DNA of 63,984 nt, filler included, from Olpidium bornovanus S191 (taxonomy: Eukaryota; Fungi; Olpidiomycota): assembly GCA_017911155.1 (NCBI GenBank). It is 29 parts of 29 records of this genome, joined end to end, with 100 filler letters (N's around TTAATTAATTAA, not from the genome) between each part and the next. Parts side by side here need not be neighbours in the genome. Positions count along the whole stretch, not along the records: positions 59,082 to 61,252 come from JAEFCI010006511.1; positions 61,353 to 62,856 come from JAEFCI010001157.1; positions 62,957 to 63,984 come from JAEFCI010010092.1; 26 more parts are not named here. One strand, given 5' to 3'. The position numbers and the translations under genes were made by a program. Position 1 is the stretch's first letter. The number at the start of each line of letters is the position of its first letter. Under the pieces are notes generated by a model that did not search any database, was not told the origin of the DNA, and saw nothing but the letters and a program-made list of their open reading frames with translations. Shown in pieces: positions 60,102-63,984 of the stretch.

Positions 60102-60840
60102 TTAGGCGCGGCTTTTGGGCCCGCTTTTCTCGGCTTTTCCCAAATCGCAGGCGCCGCCGCCGCCGTCCGCCGCGCACGCCGGCGGCGGCTTACGCCCGAC
60201 CGCGGCGGACCGCCGTCGGAGGAGCGTCGGCGCGACGGCGGAGTCGGCGGCAGTGACGGGCGCGGAGGAAGCCGAACCCGCCGACGCGTCCGCCGGGCCG
60301 CTGGCGGGCCCGCCCTTCGGGCCCAGGCTCGTGGCGGAACGCGGCCGGGGTCGCGGCCGTCCCGCGGTCCCTTTGGCGGCACCTTCGCCGCCGCCACCGT
60401 CGTCCGGGCCTTTCCTCTGCCGCGCGAGGGGACCGCCGCGGCCGCTCCCGGGTCGCACCCCCCCGACCCGCGCGGCGTCGGGGCCGACGCCGCCGCCGCC
60501 GCAGTACTCGTCTGGGTCTGCCGCCGGTGCCCATCGTCCCTCGGCCTCCGTCTCCACCCCCGGCGGGGCCCCGCGTCGCGGCGTGGCGGCAGGAGCGCTC
60601 GTCAGGCAGGGGCGGCCACCGTCGTCCGACCCCGGACGTCCGAGGGCGGTCGACGGGCGGGTTGCGGGGGCGCCGGCGTTGTTTTTCTTCTTCTGGCCGC
60701 CGCTGCCGCCGAGCAGCAGTAGTTCCGGGTGGCGCTTTTTGAAGCTGCCGGGGAACTGGGAGATGCGCTGGGCGTGGCGCAGGTTCTCCAGGCGCTCGCG
60801 CCGCAGGCGGTCGCGGCTGTAAGCGGACTGGGAGGAGATG
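60102..60840 (-). CDS. Hypothetical protein exon
   Basis: After the acceptor ACCAG it reads ISSQSAYSRDRLRRERLENLRHAQRISQFPGSFKKRHPELL, then low-complexity sequence. Confidence 0.3.
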
Positions 60841-61352
60841 CTGGTGATCCTGTTTACGATGGTCTTTTTTGGTTGTCGCGGTATTCTTATGGTTTAGAAA
60901 CGGCGCAGACGCGAGAAAAACGAAAAGGGAAAAGAAATGCATGGGAAAGAGGAAGGAAAACAAAATCGTCCAGTCCGGAATCCTGGATTTTGAGTTCGCC
61001 ACCTCACACGGTTGGCCCCCCACCATCGCCCTCCATCGTCCCCCTTCCCCCATCCGTTCCGCGCAGGAGTTCGTGTTCGCCCCTCTCCTCTCCTCTACTA
61101 TTACCTCCACCGCCTACTTGCCCTTCTCCCCCATGTTACACGTGCCAAAAAGCGGTCTGGTCTGGTGCGATTGCTGGTAGGCGTCTCCCCTCCCCGCCTT
61201 TCCCTCACACCCCCCCTTCCCCCCCACTTCCACACCTCTTTCCGGAACTGGGNNNNNNNNNNNNNNNNNNNNNNNNNNNNNNNNNNNNNNNNNNNNTTAA
61301 TTAATTAANNNNNNNNNNNNNNNNNNNNNNNNNNNNNNNNNNNNNNNNNNNN

Positions 61353-62592
61353 CATGCCATCTAGAGCCGCCCTAAGCTCACTGATCTGCTTGCGAAGATC
61401 GTCGACGACGGACGCGTCAACCGCCGACCCCACGGCAGCACCCCTGTCCGTCGCTGGGGCTGCCGGAGTCGGCGAAACACGAGCGGAGGGATTGGATTTC
61501 AGGCCTTTGCACGCTCGATCCACTGTGTCCAGTCGAAACCGCGGTTCGTCCATTAACGTTCAACGTTCGACACTGGTATGTTTTATAACGCCCAAACGCA
61601 CCGGAAAGGTTGCTCGACGCCTTCTTAATGGACCCTGCCGACCCAGCCGCCCTCTTTGCTTTTGGCGTCAGTGCCTGAGCTGCACCTGGCGCCGCTGTAT
61701 GCTTGGACTTCCGGCGTGCGACCGCATCATATGCGCCTCCCTGGTAATACGTGTCCCAGTACTTCTTTATCCATTGCAGAAACTCCAGGTTATCCTGGAA
61801 CTTGCACTGGATAAGCCGCTCCACCGGGACGATCTAACGTTCAGCGGCAGGGCGAGGTGTAATTCATTTGACAGTTAGACGCTCGCAATCATTTAAATTC
61901 GAAACCTTGACCAAATCTACTGAGTGTCGACAAGCATGGACGCTGCTGGCGGTCTCACGTAGAGTCGATGCCGACGACCCTAACCTTGTCAACCTTATGT
62001 GCTGTAAATGCGCTTTGGAGAACCTTAAAGTTCTGCACATATTCATATTGATGCTTGGCGTCGAACTTGACCTTGCTCATGGGCACGTCGCCTGCAATAA
62101 ACGAAGATGCCGGAAACGCATAAGGCACGTTTGTTTTTTTTTGCACGCGCAAACGGACGGGCCTTCATCCGCGTCGAGCTGCACTCACGGAACACGGAAT
62201 CGATGATCTGGCAGTGAGCCGCGCCTGTCATTCGATCCCGGGAAAGATTTAGAGCGTGGGAACACTGTGATGGTTAGCGAGGCAGTTCGTTGCCTCGGCC
62301 AGCAGACCGGTGTTTTCGATGGCGGGCGCGGAAGATGGCCTTCCCGTCCGCGAGGGCTGGAAGTTAAACAAAACACGGAAAATGTGCCGTCCGGGTGCCA
62401 GACGAGGCCCTGCCCGGCGACGGCCTCCCGCGGTCGCAATGGCCAACGCGAGAACCTGGCCTCGGGCGACTACCTCAATGTTTTGCGCGGCGCCCGGCTC
62501 CTCTCACCGGTGCCGCACTGCTCGACCTTCGTGTAATCGGTCTGCAGCAGATCGTTCAGCCACGCCAGCAGCTCCGTCCTGCTCTCGCTCAT
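61353..62592 (-). CDS. BIM1: EB1/Bim1 microtubule plus-end-binding protein, multi-exon, 3' truncated
   Basis: [65 protein letters not shown] and [24 protein letters not shown]. Confidence 0.96.
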
Positions 62593-62790
62593 GTTCGCGC
62601 CGGCGTCTCCCTATCGTCCGGTGGTCACAGCCGGACCCTGGTACTGCGCTCTTTGATCCGGACCGATCTGTTCCGCGTCGCGGGGGTTTTTTTTTTGTCT
62701 TTTTTTTTTTTCCTCTCGGCGGTGTGCGGCGCGGCTGGCTGATTTCCGGGCTTTATTTCCGAGCCCGGGCGGCGTCGGGGAGGGGGCCGT

Positions 62791-62845
<55 letters not shown>

Positions 62846-63075
62846 GGCTGTGTTGGNNNNNNNNNNNNNNNNNNNNNNNNNNNNNNNNNNNNNNNNNNNN
62901 TTAATTAATTAANNNNNNNNNNNNNNNNNNNNNNNNNNNNNNNNNNNNNNNNNNNNCTTTTCGGCCCTCTTACTTTAGTTTTTTTTACTTCTAATAATCG
63001 AATAGAACTACGAAACCTCTGATCCCGGGCAACCGGGTACGTAGGCAGCCGAGGCTCTTCGGAGCGGAGGTCCGA

Positions 63076-63111
<36 letters not shown>

Positions 63112-63380
63112 ACCCCCCCCTCCTCTCCTTCGAATCCACTGCTACTCCACGCCATCGTCTTTCCCCGAGACACCAATGTATTCAACTTCACAATACAACT
63201 CACAGCGCATTATGTTTCTAACTTGTATCAATCAAATTGAATTTTGCAACCTCTCTAACGATACATTTCAATGTACAATGCAATTTATCAATCAAAATGG
63301 ATTTTTATAACATCGCTCGCCCTTAGTCGGCGAAAATGAGAATGGTCGATTTTGCCACGGGTGGTGGGATGGCGAGGAGC

Positions 63381-63466
63381 CGGCGGGCGACGGCGGCGGG
63401 CGACGGCGGCGGGCGACGGCGGCGGGCGACGGCGGCGGGCGACGGCGGCGGGCGACGGCGGCGGGC
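63381..63466 (+). repeat. 13-bp GC-rich minisatellite (GACGGCGGCGGGC, about 6.5 copies)
   Basis: GA dinucleotides recur every 13 nt, at 63389, 63402, 63415, 63428, 63441 and 63454. Confidence 0.92.
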
Positions 63467-63906
63467 GGGGGGCGCCGCGAGGGGGAGGGGGAAGGGGCGC
63501 AGCGCAGCGGGGGACGAGGGACGCAGCTGCGGCAAGGGACCCGCTGCGCGGCATCGGGGCGGGGCAATCGATGGGGAGAAATGGTCGGCGGGGATGTTTG
63601 TTTGATGGGGGTTCGGCCTCGGATATGCCGCGGCGCATTCCGCATTGACGTGGATTTATAAATAGGCGGCGCACCCCTTTTCGCGATCATCGTGAGTTCG
63701 TTGCGCGGAACCGCCATCCATTCAGGTCGGACCTGGCAGGGAGCATAGATCGAGGGAGAGTGCGCGGCGACGGCGGAGGGAAAGCGGGTGCAGACGGCGG
63801 ACCGTGCGGCATTGGTTCATTCTACGCCGGGGGCCCGCCAAAATGAAAGTAAGGAGGTGCATCGGCGGCCGCCCAAAAACAAACCTGAAAGAACCGCCCT
63901 TCCTTT

Positions 63907-63972
<66 letters not shown>

Positions 63973-63984
63973 ACCCACAAAAAA

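Overview
This window is not a contiguous locus. It is 29 short (about 1-5 kb) contigs joined by 28 artificial 100-bp spacers (N44-TTAATTAATTAA-N44), so gene neighbourhoods across spacers mean nothing. The DNA is GC-rich, intron-containing eukaryotic genomic sequence. Fungal-type housekeeping genes (ERG13, WRS1, VMA8, OLA1, APN2, BIM1, ADO1, synaptojanin, ECD, a SMYD protein, a NUDT19-like and a monoglyceride-lipase-like gene) plus a tandem doublecortin gene point to an early-diverging, probably zoosporic fungus; this is an inference. Most genes are truncated at contig ends, and many are invisible in the ORF track because of introns. Between genes lie decayed transposons (PIF/Harbinger, pogo, Ty1/copia, Ty3/gypsy), one tRNA-Asp, a CenH3-like pseudogene and several minisatellites. 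I found no complete novel system. The best leads are: (i) a ~50-aa bacterial IS200/IS605 TnpB fragment embedded in fungal DNA and bounded by splice-like sites; (ii) a frameshifted CenH3-like gene facing a second H3-like remnant next to a pogo fossil; (iii) an ATP6AP2/(pro)renin-receptor-like gene and a tandem-DCX gene; (iv) a copia LTR with a half-tRNA-type primer-binding site; (v) strong enrichment of CATG at contig ends. All family assignments come from manual motif recognition; no database searches were run.
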